From positions 19,861-83,860 of the IMG/VR virus record IMGVR_UViG_3300020050_009836: a stretch of 64,000 bases of DNA; one strand, 5' to 3'. Positions 1-9,886 of the stretch are shown here, piece by piece. A program made the position numbers and the translations under genes. The notes below the pieces were generated by a model, which saw only the letters and a list, made by a program, of their open reading frames with translations, did no database searches and was not told the origin of the DNA. The DNA is from a virus (lineage: Duplodnaviria; Caudoviricetes). How positions within the stretch are numbered: position 1 is the first letter of the stretch; each line of letters begins with the position of its first letter.

Positions 1-1082
1 GTAGGAGTTAGTCCAGTACAAGTAAAAGAAGTGGTGCTTGTTACTGTTGCCACAACGTACATACTGTAAGCAACAACGTTACCTACGGTAGATGTGAATT
101 GGACTCTGTCACCGACAGAATACGTATTACCACCTGACGGTATTTCTGCTGTTCCACTAGTTATTGACACAGTAGCAGACGTTGGCTGACCAGCGGAAAT
201 TATCGTGCTACCAAGACGTGGTCCATATGGGTCGTATGGAGTCAACCCAACTAACTTTTCACTAAACAGTGATGACATATTTGGAGTTGAAATAATTAAA
301 CCATCATATTGACGTATAGGAAATGATGATGATGTTGTACTTGTTGCAATACCAATAGACTGTGCATTTCCCAATGTATTGTTTATAAAATAAGAATAGC
401 CTTGAGTATAGCCATTTACCTGTACATTACTGTTTCTTTGGTCACTATTAACATTACCACCACCAAGAATAATGTTATTGGCAACAAATACATTTGCGTC
501 GTAATCTGCTGTACCTGTAAGCGTTATTAAAATGGCGTTTGAGTGAACAACCATTGCCGCTTCTCTATAAAAAACATTATTTGTTAACGTTAAATTTGCA
601 ACCGTATTACTAGTAGTTGAGAAGAATAATAAGTTAGCGGCTACCGTAGAACCTAAGAATACGCATTTATCTATTTTAATATCCCTGCACGTATTTAGTT
701 CTAGTCCCCTATTTGATGGTGCCTCAAATCGTATATTTTGAAAAGTTAGGTAATTCTTTGATGTTCCAGTACATAATATTGAACCTGTACCGGATGTTCC
801 AATAGTGTCATTAATGTATCCAGTCCACCTAACAAGACCGGGAGTTAAATCTGCAAATTGTGCTGCTGTTGGGTCACCGATAATACGTGTTTCGGATGTA
901 GCACTTGTCATACCAATGGTTACGAACTCATAGTAACGACCCGGCGCAATGTAAAGAGTGTCTCCTGAAGAAATACCGGATGCCCCTAACGCCTTTGCTA
1001 GAGTCTGCCACGCTTGTGATGGAGTTGGACCCAATCCAGTATTTGCGTTGTTTCCATCATTACGGACGTAGTAAGTAGCCAT
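1..1082 (-). CDS. beta-helix receptor-binding/tailspike-like protein paralogue (runs off the window start)
   Basis: ATG at 1082 overlaps the upstream TAA. Manual translation MATYYVRNDGNNANTGLGPTPSQAWQTLAKALGASGISSGDTLYIAPGRY is nearly the same as the N-terminus of 1082..3103. Confidence 0.85.
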   Translation of the reverse strand, partial: MATYYVRNDGNNANTGLGPTPSQAWQTLAKALGASGISSGDTLYIAPGRYYEFVTIGMTSATSETRIIGDPTAAQFADLTPGLVRWTGYINDTIGTSGTGSILCTGTSKNYLTFQNIRFEAPSNRGLELNTCRDIKIDKCVFLGSTVAANLLFFSTTSNTVANLTLTNNVFYREAAMVVHSNAILITLTGTADYDANVFVANNIILGGGNVNSDQRNSNVQVNGYTQGYSYFINNTLGNAQSIGIATSTTSSSFPIRQYDGLIISTPNMSSLFSEKLVGLTPYDPYGPRLGSTIISAGQPTSATVSITSGTAEIPSGGNTYSVGDRVQFTSTVGNVVAYSMYVVATVTSTTSFTCTGLTP

Positions 1083-3103
1083 TACTTCCTCTTCACTCTA
1101 ACAATCATCGGACCGTGTATTGTTGTATCGGAACCACCATTGTTGCGCCTCACATACAACTTATACTCAGCCGGATTAGCAGTCACAACACTATCAAGCA
1201 CAAACGTCATTTCACCGTTAGCATCGTACTGAATAGTAGGCGTATAAGTACTTATCAGGTTTCCGGCTGAATACGCCTCTACGGTACACGTAGCAGCTCC
1301 TACGGGCACTGCTGTGTTATACGTATCGACTATCTGCAACTTGACTGTTGTTTGTGTTCCTTGAACAATATCTAGTTCATCGTTTGCACCGAGTTGGTCG
1401 CTTATCAACTTGTAGCCGGGAGTACTAATCAACATCGATGCTTGGTCAAACTCTACGGTCACATACGCACCGTTAGAACCAGATGCACCCTTGATAGCAA
1501 ACGAAGCCGATGTCGTACCGGTTGCTATCATTGCGTTAGGGATATCGAACCTATACAAGCCCGGTAGTTTGATTGAGTCTACTTCACAGAATCCACCAGA
1601 TACCCACGCACCAGTTGGTGTCTGAATAACAAGCGGTACGGTTACTGTAGCACTGTTGTTTCTTACATAGTAGCAAACAAGGTTAGGCGTGTTGAACGAG
1701 ATGCCGGTAACACCTAGGAATACATAGGTAGTCTGACTTTGTGAGCCGGGTGTAGTTCTATAAGTAGTTACTTGCTTTTCAGTTGGTATGTACTGACCGA
1801 TAGTGCTAAGGTCTACACGGTTAGCCATGCCGATGGTTGGTTGACTAGATGAAGGATATGCAGTTCCAAACGCATCTGTTGTTAGTATGTATCGTCTATG
1901 TACGATTGTTCCAGCAGTAGATGGAGTCAATCCCGTACAAGTGAAGGATGTCGTAGAAGTAACTGTTGCGACAGTATAAATCTGATTAGCCGTGATGTTT
2001 CCAAGAGTGGTTAGGAAGACTACTTTGTCACCAACAACATATGCGTTTCCACCTAATGGTATTTCGGCTGATGAAGCAGTTATACCAACTGAAGGCGAGT
2101 TAGGCGTACCAGATGAGATAAGGTTACTTCCTAGGCGTGGTGCATACCAGTCGTTTACGCCAAGACCAAACAGTCGTTCCATTCCGTGAGACAGTGATGG
2201 ATTTACGGTCAAGTTGTTTGAACCATTGACTACGTTTACAGAAACATTAAAGAAACTAGTTGTGCCACACGCAAACCTGTTGTAGTCAGCGTAAATTGCG
2301 TTTGATATATTTGCATTCGCATAGTAATAACTACATTGTTGTGTGTAATTGTTATAGAATTTTGCCTGTAGTGTTGCGTCAGTAACACCAGATACTTCTA
2401 AGCATCTGTGAACCTGATGAAATGTATTGTTGAACACGAGTGAGTTAGCCGGTGTATAACCTGACATAAAAATAGCACTGTTACCAGAACCATTAGCAAC
2501 ATTTCCACCAGTGAAGTAATTGTTTGCAATAATTGTATTTGATTCTATAGCCGACGAACCAGCATGTGTAACTGCTAAGACAACAGAACCTAAAGCCGTT
2601 CTACATAAAACTATATTGTCAGTAAAAATAAAATTCAATGCCACATTGTTTGGACTGCCGATAGTGCCAGCATTACTCCAACAAATAAAAGCACATTGGT
2701 CTATAGTCCAGTTTGTACATGTCGTTGCACTAAAGCCAGTATTCCAGTTATCAAACAACAGTTTACGGAATGTCAGGAAGTTCTTTGAAGTTGCTGTTAT
2801 AGCAGTACCTGAAAAGTTAGAGCCTGTGTCTGCCGCTGTACTAGTCAACCTAACTACACCCGGCGTGATGTCATTAAACTGAGTACACGTTGGGTCACCA
2901 AGTACACGAGTTTCAACCGTAGCAGAAATCATGTTGATGGTCAACGTTTCGTTGTACCGACCCGGTGCAATATAAACCGTATCACCAGACGAAATACCAG
3001 CCGCACCTAACGCCTTCTGTATCGTCTGCCACGCTTGCAACCGACCGGGTCCAAGACCAGTATTGGCATCCGCACCATCGTTCCTGACGTAATAAGTTGC
3101 CAC
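1082..3103 (-). CDS. beta-helix receptor-binding/tailspike-like protein, 673 aa
   Basis: TYYV..G.D.N.G...W.T..KA...GDTVYIAPG.Y N-terminus typical of right-handed beta-helix (pectin-lyase-like) proteins; NN-repeat rungs; two C-terminal domains shared with paralogues. Confidence 0.75.
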   Translation of the reverse strand: MATYYVRNDGADANTGLGPGRLQAWQTIQKALGAAGISSGDTVYIAPGRYNETLTINMISATVETRVLGDPTCTQFNDITPGVVRLTSTAADTGSNFSGTAITATSKNFLTFRKLLFDNWNTGFSATTCTNWTIDQCAFICWSNAGTIGSPNNVALNFIFTDNIVLCRTALGSVVLAVTHAGSSAIESNTIIANNYFTGGNVANGSGNSAIFMSGYTPANSLVFNNTFHQVHRCLEVSGVTDATLQAKFYNNYTQQCSYYYANANISNAIYADYNRFACGTTSFFNVSVNVVNGSNNLTVNPSLSHGMERLFGLGVNDWYAPRLGSNLISSGTPNSPSVGITASSAEIPLGGNAYVVGDKVVFLTTLGNITANQIYTVATVTSTTSFTCTGLTPSTAGTIVHRRYILTTDAFGTAYPSSSQPTIGMANRVDLSTIGQYIPTEKQVTTYRTTPGSQSQTTYVFLGVTGISFNTPNLVCYYVRNNSATVTVPLVIQTPTGAWVSGGFCEVDSIKLPGLYRFDIPNAMIATGTTSASFAIKGASGSNGAYVTVEFDQASMLISTPGYKLISDQLGANDELDIVQGTQTTVKLQIVDTYNTAVPVGAATCTVEAYSAGNLISTYTPTIQYDANGEMTFVLDSVVTANPAEYKLYVRRNNGGSDTTIHGPMIVRVKRK

Positions 3104-4968
3104 TACAGTCTCCTAATCCTAAGCGACAGCGGTCCATAAACAACAGAATCAGTTGAGCCGCTAGTCTTTGTACAATACACGTTATAGTCACCGTACGTAG
3201 CACTTACGTTAGTAGATAGTACGAAGGTTATCTCGCCGTTTCCTGCATATCTTACAGTTGGCGTATACGAAGCGACTAAGTTGTTTGTACTGTTATAAAC
3301 TTCAACTGACAACGTAGCACCAGCAATATTAGAAGGTGCTTGATACATATCCAACAACTGCAACTTCACGGTAGTCGCCGTGTTAGCGTTCAACTCTAGT
3401 ACATTGTTGTAGCCAGCGTCTTCAGATGCAAGCCTAAACTCGTTAGTGGACACGTAGTTCGGTTGCGGTTCACCTTCTATGTTGATGTTGATGAATGCAC
3501 CGTTGAAAGCGTTAGCACCACGGAGCATGATTGACGCTGACTTAGCACCAGCCTGTATCACAGCGTTAGGGATGTCGAATTTGTAAACACCGGGCATTGT
3601 TGTTGATGAAACTTCAAACAGTCCACCTGATATCCAAGTAGATGCGTTGCCTTGGACGAGTGGTATCTGTACAGATGCACCGTTGTCACGAGCGTAGTAG
3701 CACGTTAGGTTAGGTGTTTGGTATGTCACGCCTGTAGAGCCTAGGTAGATGTGAATTGATACGCCGGTAGAACCTGCTGTTGTGGTGATGGTTTGTACAG
3801 CACGGTCAAGTGGTACGTAGCCAGCGGTTGATGGAACAGTCGATATTTGTCTGTTGTCCATATACCCAATGGTTGGGTTTGCTTGGTTCCAAGCGTTGCC
3901 TGAAAAGTCTACTGATGGAGTTTGTTCTCCACCGTCAGTTTGATACGCACCAGCACCGATAAGGACACTTGCAGGAATTGGTGTATACGGCAAGTAGTTA
4001 AATACTCCTTGCATATATCCATCGTTGTAGTCAACTGGTACAGTTTTTAATACCACCATATTTGATGTAATACCGTTTGATTGAGTTAGGTTATAGCCCG
4101 CTGAGTAAGTCACAAATAATGAATTACCTCTGTCTGCCTTGAACGTGTTCACTAGTCCATTACATAAAATTAAACAATTTCTTATGCCGAGTTGATAGAC
4201 TTCATTCCATGAATGGATAGCAAAAATATAATTTGGTAATTTAGCACCAGCAAGAACAGTGCAATTATGAAGCGCTACTGTGTCGGTCGATGATGCCGCA
4301 TTCACCAAGAACCAGAATGACGAGATAGTTCCTGCTGGTCCAGTAGTACTTGCGGTTGTTAGATTTTCCGTAGCGTACATTAAACAATTTTTAAATATTA
4401 ATTTATGTGACCTTGGAGTGTATTGGTCACCGAACGTTCTTATTGAGACATCTACTAGGACACATGAGTCGAAATATACAATTCCCTGCTGCGGACCCGC
4501 TTTGTAAATTGTCATTTCAAGACCATTTGAGTTGAAATTACAATTGTAAAAAGTAAGCGTTGTTATAGTGGAAGTTAATCCGAAAAGATATAAATATACT
4601 TGACCATCAAATCGTAGGTCTTGAAATGTGAAGTTTGCCCTCACACCATTTATATTTAAAACTAACCCAGTTGGAGTACCCACGTCGTTAGTTAAGTTGT
4701 TAGAAATACGTACAAGACCTGCCGTTAATCCAATCCCCCACGCAACTTGAGTAAGCGTTGCGTCACCACGGACTGTTACGTTTGTAGCCTTATCTGATAA
4801 AGACACGTTTTCACGATATACACCCGGTGCAATCCAAATAGTATCTCCACCAGATGATGTAGTGATGGCTTTTTGAACAGTCCTCCAAGCACCAGTACCA
4901 GCAGCACTTGTAGGAGCAAGCCCAGTGTTAGTATCGTTACCGTCAGGACGCACATAGTAAGTAGCCAT
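3103..4968 (-). CDS. beta-helix receptor-binding/tailspike-like protein, 621 aa
   Basis: Same N-terminal motif and shared C-terminal domains; translationally coupled to both neighbours. Confidence 0.75.
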   Translation of the reverse strand: MATYYVRPDGNDTNTGLAPTSAAGTGAWRTVQKAITTSSGGDTIWIAPGVYRENVSLSDKATNVTVRGDATLTQVAWGIGLTAGLVRISNNLTNDVGTPTGLVLNINGVRANFTFQDLRFDGQVYLYLFGLTSTITTLTFYNCNFNSNGLEMTIYKAGPQQGIVYFDSCVLVDVSIRTFGDQYTPRSHKLIFKNCLMYATENLTTASTTGPAGTISSFWFLVNAASSTDTVALHNCTVLAGAKLPNYIFAIHSWNEVYQLGIRNCLILCNGLVNTFKADRGNSLFVTYSAGYNLTQSNGITSNMVVLKTVPVDYNDGYMQGVFNYLPYTPIPASVLIGAGAYQTDGGEQTPSVDFSGNAWNQANPTIGYMDNRQISTVPSTAGYVPLDRAVQTITTTAGSTGVSIHIYLGSTGVTYQTPNLTCYYARDNGASVQIPLVQGNASTWISGGLFEVSSTTMPGVYKFDIPNAVIQAGAKSASIMLRGANAFNGAFININIEGEPQPNYVSTNEFRLASEDAGYNNVLELNANTATTVKLQLLDMYQAPSNIAGATLSVEVYNSTNNLVASYTPTVRYAGNGEITFVLSTNVSATYGDYNVYCTKTSGSTDSVVYGPLSLRIRRL

Positions 4969-6830
4969 TACAGTTCATTTACCTTTATCTGCAACGGTCC
5001 AAACACCGCTCTATCAGTCGTAGAAGCAGAACGTATCGCATAAGCGTTGTACGTACCTGCCGTACCAGTAATCTGTGTATCAAGCACAAACGTCAGATGA
5101 CCGTTACCCGCATACTGAATAGTAGGCGTGTATGACGCAAGCAACACATTAGAGCCTGTGTAGACCTCTACAGTCATCGTAGACGAGCCTATTGCAACAG
5201 CAGTGCCGTTTGTATCCGCTATCTGACATTTGACCGTGGTGACCGTTCGCTTGTTTACAGTCAGTACACCATCAGAGCCAGCGTACTCGGACAAGAACTT
5301 ATAACCAAGCGTGGATAGATAAGCCGACTGAGCCGGTTGTTCGATATTGATATTTACAAAAGCACCATTGAATGCATTAGCACCACGTAACATAATTGAT
5401 GCAGTAGTTGCTCCAGCTTCTATTACAGCGTTAGGTACATCAAACTTATATACACCCGGCATAGTCACGGCAGATACTTCGAATAGGCTACCAGAGACCC
5501 ATGTAGAAGCATTACCAGCCACTAGCGGTATGTTGACTGATGTACCGTTGTTACGTGCGTAGTAGCAAGTAAGGTTAGGTGTTTGGAATGTTACTCCGGT
5601 AGAGCCTAAGTAGACGTGTACTGACTTGCCTGTTTCACCAGCGGTTACTGTGAGCGTTTGGATTGAACGGTCAAGTGGTACGTAACCAGCCGTTGCCGGA
5701 ACAGTTGAAACTTGCCTGTTGTCCATATAGCCAATCGTTGGATTGGTTTGATTCCATGCATTGCCTGAAAAGTCAACGGTAGGAACGGTTACAGTCGCAG
5801 CTGTAGCGGTTGTTCCAGCACCTATAATACGACTACCAACATATGGTGTATATGGCAGGTAACCAGCAAATGCCTGTAGATATGACTCATTGACATCAAT
5901 TGGGTATGTTGTCACACTGAATGAATTAGCACCACTACTTACACCTGACCGAGTCAAATTCAATCCAGCGTTGTAGTTTTCTATTACTTGACCTCTGTCT
6001 GAACCAAATACAGCCGTGGTTGCATTACATAAAAACAAACAGTTTGTTACGTATGGGGACGGACTTGCGCCCCAACCAAAGTTTGTAAGAATATATCCGG
6101 GTTGATTTTTCCCAGCAGTAAAAGTGTTATTTATGTAAACAGAAGCAGGTCCAACGCCGTCTGAACTAGAACTATATGAGTGCCAAAATGAAGAGAATGT
6201 TCCACCGGGACTTACTATCGTTGCTCTATCGGCATTTGTACATACATAGTGCAAACAGTTCGTAAACACAACTCTATGTGCTGTTGTGGTGTTATTGAAA
6301 CCAACAGTAAAGTTAACGGGAAAGTCTACTGTTATGCATCTATCGAATGTTAATCTATCTACTGCTGGTGCTGTATTCGTGCGAAAGGCTATACTACTTT
6401 CAGAACCATTGCCTATAAAAACACAATCAGTAAAAGATGTAGTTAGATATGTACCTACGCTTATTTTTCCTTCAAACCGCAAGTCTGAAAAACTGTACTG
6501 ATTTTGTATTGACAGTGTAGTGCCACTTGCTGAACCAGAGTCGTTGGTCTGAATATTAGTTATGCGGACAAGCCCGACTGTAAGACCAGAACCCCAAGCT
6601 ACCTGTGTAAGAGTTGCATCACCACGAAAAGTAATCACCGTTGCTTGAGCCGCTACTGCCGATGTAAGATTCTCCCTATACGTACCCGGTGCTATCCATA
6701 CAGTGTCACCACCAACTGCAACAGACAACGCCTTATTGACAGTCCTATACGAACCAGTACCAGCAGCATTGGTAGGAGTCAGGCCAGTGTTATTATCATT
6801 GCCGTCAGGACGTACATAATACGTAGGCAT
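4968..6830 (-). CDS. beta-helix receptor-binding/tailspike-like protein, 620 aa
   Basis: Close paralogue of 3103..4968 (shared VDFSGNAWNQ.NPTIGYMDNRQ..TVP..AGYVPLDR). Confidence 0.75.
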   Translation of the reverse strand: MPTYYVRPDGNDNNTGLTPTNAAGTGSYRTVNKALSVAVGGDTVWIAPGTYRENLTSAVAAQATVITFRGDATLTQVAWGSGLTVGLVRITNIQTNDSGSASGTTLSIQNQYSFSDLRFEGKISVGTYLTTSFTDCVFIGNGSESSIAFRTNTAPAVDRLTFDRCITVDFPVNFTVGFNNTTTAHRVVFTNCLHYVCTNADRATIVSPGGTFSSFWHSYSSSSDGVGPASVYINNTFTAGKNQPGYILTNFGWGASPSPYVTNCLFLCNATTAVFGSDRGQVIENYNAGLNLTRSGVSSGANSFSVTTYPIDVNESYLQAFAGYLPYTPYVGSRIIGAGTTATAATVTVPTVDFSGNAWNQTNPTIGYMDNRQVSTVPATAGYVPLDRSIQTLTVTAGETGKSVHVYLGSTGVTFQTPNLTCYYARNNGTSVNIPLVAGNASTWVSGSLFEVSAVTMPGVYKFDVPNAVIEAGATTASIMLRGANAFNGAFVNINIEQPAQSAYLSTLGYKFLSEYAGSDGVLTVNKRTVTTVKCQIADTNGTAVAIGSSTMTVEVYTGSNVLLASYTPTIQYAGNGHLTFVLDTQITGTAGTYNAYAIRSASTTDRAVFGPLQIKVNEL

Positions 6831-6831
6831 C

Positions 6832-7131
6832 TTATTCGCCTGTACCGTTGACTATATGCCAAGCCATACGCTGTAGGAACTCGTCTACCCAGCCTTCTTG
6901 CAACTGTAAACTTGAAGTCGTAAAAAAACCAAACAACGAAGTACCTTGTGGAACACCATCAACATCAGGATTATCGAAACTTCCAATAACTGTGGATGGG
7001 TCAACAGGCTGAGTTGGGTCGTTAGGGTCAGGCTGATACCACTGATTGACTATCTGACCAAATACACGCCAGTCGTTCGTTAGAGCGTCATGTTCTTTAC
7101 GGATATTAGCAAAACTGTACTGGTCGTTCAT
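6832..7131 (-). CDS. small acidic protein, paralogue family ending G-T-x-E
   Basis: DWRVFG..IGSF..GT...MA..IVNGTGE resembles 8922..9149 and 11027..11254. Confidence 0.75.
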   Translation of the reverse strand: MNDQYSFANIRKEHDALTNDWRVFGQIVNQWYQPDPNDPTQPVDPSTVIGSFDNPDVDGVPQGTSLFGFFTTSSLQLQEGWVDEFLQRMAWHIVNGTGE

Positions 7132-7146
7132 ATGTTTAGTCTAGCC

Positions 7147-8922
7147 TTACGGTGATAGCACTTCAAGTTTCATTCTGCCGAATACGTTTGTCTCCGTGCC
7201 AATCTGCCGGTAGATGTTGATGGTATACATACCTACGTTGTCTGTGACAGTTGAGTCAATGGCGAATGAGTAGCGTCCGTCTAGTGCGTACATTGCTGTA
7301 CAAGTGTATGTGTCGATAAGGAAGCCAGCGGCGTTGTAGACCTTTGCAGTAACAACAGTGCCTGTGCCGTCAACTCCTGTGCCGTACGCATCAACCATCT
7401 TGAAGTCAATGGAGTGTACAGAGCCTTGGATAAGTTTGAGTCTGTCGTCTGTTAGGATTCCGTCTGCTTGTACGGTGAATGGACCCATACGTAGTTGAGT
7501 GCCTACGGCTTGTGGTTCTTGAATAGTTACCACTGCACCGTTTGTGCCAGATGCACCACGAACAACAATTGTTGTGTTGACGTATCCAGTAGCGATTGCT
7601 TCGTTAGGTATGTCTAAACGATAAACACCGGGCATTGTCACTGGGTTGACTTCAGCAAAACCACCTGCTATCCAAGGTTGAGCGATGGTTCTGGCAACTA
7701 AAGGTATAGCAACGTCAGACGTACGATTTTTGTTGTATCTTGCAGTTAGTCCACTTGTTGTTACGGTTATGCCTGTAGAGCCAAGATATATTTCAACTGA
7801 TTGAGATGTGCTACCAGAAGCAAGTGTTATTGTTGTTTGATTTCTTTCTGTTGGTATGTATGCACTAACTGTATTGAAAGACTTAAATTCACAAGCACCT
7901 ACAGATGGTGGATTAGCCCACGCATTACCATAAAAGTCCGTACCAAATGAATATGCCGGTTGTCCTGCGCCTATAAGGACATCACCATTAAGCGGCGTAT
8001 ATGACATTATTTCAGCGTCGATAGGGTTGATGTATACAGGACTACCAACAAAAGCACGATGGTACAACTGCTTTGAATTTGCTCCTGAATTAACTCCACC
8101 ACCTCTTGAAATGTAACCAACGTTTGCGTCTTCGATAATGCAGTCGGTTACCCCACACCCAAATGTTGGTGACGTATAACTTGGAATGATTAAACAGTTG
8201 TAAACAAATAGCGAGTTCACTGGAGGGGAATAACCACGAAAGATTTGTTGAGCCGCAGCACCGAAAATAGTACAGTTCGACATAATTATCCTAGGTGAAC
8301 CAGAATTCGCTAATTCAAATGCCCCACTTGAATATGTTCCGGCTTCCCATAAACAAGCATTAAATCGAGTATTTGTAGAATTTCCTGAACCGCTAGTATA
8401 AATAGACCCCTGCATATAACATTTGTCAAACAATATATTCAATTGCCCGGTTGTCCGTATTTCAACAGTGGCTAGATTCGGTGCGCCCGGAGTTGGTTGA
8501 TGAGGAGTTGTTATCTGACAACGAATAAATGTGACGTTGGTTGTGTTATTTGAAAGAATAATCCTATGTTCAAACCAGATAGATTCAAACGTAAGATAAG
8601 ACTTTCCATTTGTGTCGAAACTGCCTAGGTATGTTGATGTGTTTAATGCATCGGTAACCAATCCTGTTATACGTATATAACCTGAGTTGATTCCAGTAAA
8701 TTGAGATGCCCTCCTATCGCCAATAATGTTTACATTACTTGCGTATGTTCCACCAACAGTAACCGTTTCTCTATATGTACCCGGAGCAATGTATATGGTG
8801 TCTCCAGAAGTAACACCAGTAGCACCTAACGCTTTTTGAACGGTTCTCCACGCTGTTCCACTAGAGGGTCCAAGACCCGTATTGGAATCAGCACCATTTG
8901 GTTGCACATAATATGTAGCCAT
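7147..8922 (-). CDS. beta-helix receptor-binding/tailspike-like protein, 591 aa
   Basis: MATYYV motif, beta-helix and the shared C-terminal domains. Confidence 0.75.
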   Translation of the reverse strand: MATYYVQPNGADSNTGLGPSSGTAWRTVQKALGATGVTSGDTIYIAPGTYRETVTVGGTYASNVNIIGDRRASQFTGINSGYIRITGLVTDALNTSTYLGSFDTNGKSYLTFESIWFEHRIILSNNTTNVTFIRCQITTPHQPTPGAPNLATVEIRTTGQLNILFDKCYMQGSIYTSGSGNSTNTRFNACLWEAGTYSSGAFELANSGSPRIIMSNCTIFGAAAQQIFRGYSPPVNSLFVYNCLIIPSYTSPTFGCGVTDCIIEDANVGYISRGGGVNSGANSKQLYHRAFVGSPVYINPIDAEIMSYTPLNGDVLIGAGQPAYSFGTDFYGNAWANPPSVGACEFKSFNTVSAYIPTERNQTTITLASGSTSQSVEIYLGSTGITVTTSGLTARYNKNRTSDVAIPLVARTIAQPWIAGGFAEVNPVTMPGVYRLDIPNEAIATGYVNTTIVVRGASGTNGAVVTIQEPQAVGTQLRMGPFTVQADGILTDDRLKLIQGSVHSIDFKMVDAYGTGVDGTGTVVTAKVYNAAGFLIDTYTCTAMYALDGRYSFAIDSTVTDNVGMYTINIYRQIGTETNVFGRMKLEVLSP

Positions 8923-9149
8923 TATTCAGACGTTCCAGACATAATCTCTCTAGCCATTACCCACATAAACTGCATAACTACATTCTGTTGAAACTCAACA
9001 TCCTGTGCAACCCACCACGTAAAAACATCGATGCCATCCGGACCAAATGTGCCTATAACTTCGTTTTGGTCGTTGGTCATATCAGCCTTAACGTTATAGT
9101 CTGCTGGGTTGGTTGGATTAGGTGTAAGTACGATGTTTGTGATGTTCAT
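8922..9149 (-). CDS. small acidic protein, paralogue family ending G-T-x-E
   Basis: IGTFGPDG..WWV.QD..FQ motif shared with 11027..11254. Confidence 0.8.
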   Translation of the reverse strand: MNITNIVLTPNPTNPADYNVKADMTNDQNEVIGTFGPDGIDVFTWWVAQDVEFQQNVVMQFMWVMAREIMSGTSE

Positions 9150-9886
9150 TAGTTAGCCCTTACCATAACCTTCAACGGTCCAAACACAACAACATTCCCA
9201 CCAACAGCCCGTGTAATCGTAATACTGTAAACACCAGCAACGTTAGTCACAGCAGTTGTCAGTAAGAACGTACATCTACCATCAGCGGCGTATGTTGGCG
9301 TACACGTATACGTTCCAACAAGCGTACCAGCAGAGTTATAAGCCTTAGCCTGTACAGTAGCCCCGGTAATATCAATACCGTTCTCATTGACATCAACGAC
9401 TTGTACACTTACAGGAGCCTGTACACCTTGCATGATATCAAGAGGCTGGTCAGCACCAAGTCCGTCGGCTATGACTTTGTATGGACCCATTGCTAAAATT
9501 AGACCAGAATCCAATGTTGGGTCGTATCCAACAAGTTGATACTCCAAAGACACAGGAGCCATACCAGATGCGCCCTTTAGCATCACGACAGCGTGGTCTA
9601 CACCTGTGGCAAATACAGCATTAGGGATATCAAATCGATATATTCCCGGCAGGTTTGTTGCGTCTACCTCAACCCATCCACCAGATGACCAAGCACCAGT
9701 CACAGTCTGTGTTGCAAGTGTAATTGCTGTTGCGCTTCCACCGGGCCTGAGATAATAAGCAGTGAAGCCGATAGCGTTATATGTAATGCCAGTTTTACCA
9801 CCACCTGTCGTGCTTGTGCTATCCTGCACAAAAACGTACTCAGAGCGGCTGGATGTGGATTGCGCCTTTACGAATAACTTAGCCAC
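9149..9886 (-). CDS. stand-alone copy of the two C-terminal domains of the beta-helix proteins (putative adaptor)
   Basis: GTG start with SD GGAGG; W..GGWVEVD..NLPGIYRFDIPNA and C-terminal FGPLKV match the paralogue C-termini. Confidence 0.75.
   Translation of the reverse strand: MAKLFVKAQSTSSRSEYVFVQDSTSTTGGGKTGITYNAIGFTAYYLRPGGSATAITLATQTVTGAWSSGGWVEVDATNLPGIYRFDIPNAVFATGVDHAVVMLKGASGMAPVSLEYQLVGYDPTLDSGLILAMGPYKVIADGLGADQPLDIMQGVQAPVSVQVVDVNENGIDITGATVQAKAYNSAGTLVGTYTCTPTYAADGRCTFLLTTAVTNVAGVYSITITRAVGGNVVVFGPLKVMVRAN

Noticed and set aside
9879-9886. Programmed frameshift fusing the 382-aa and 245-aa ORFs
   Set aside because: There is no slippery site, and the downstream gene has its own GGAGG SD.
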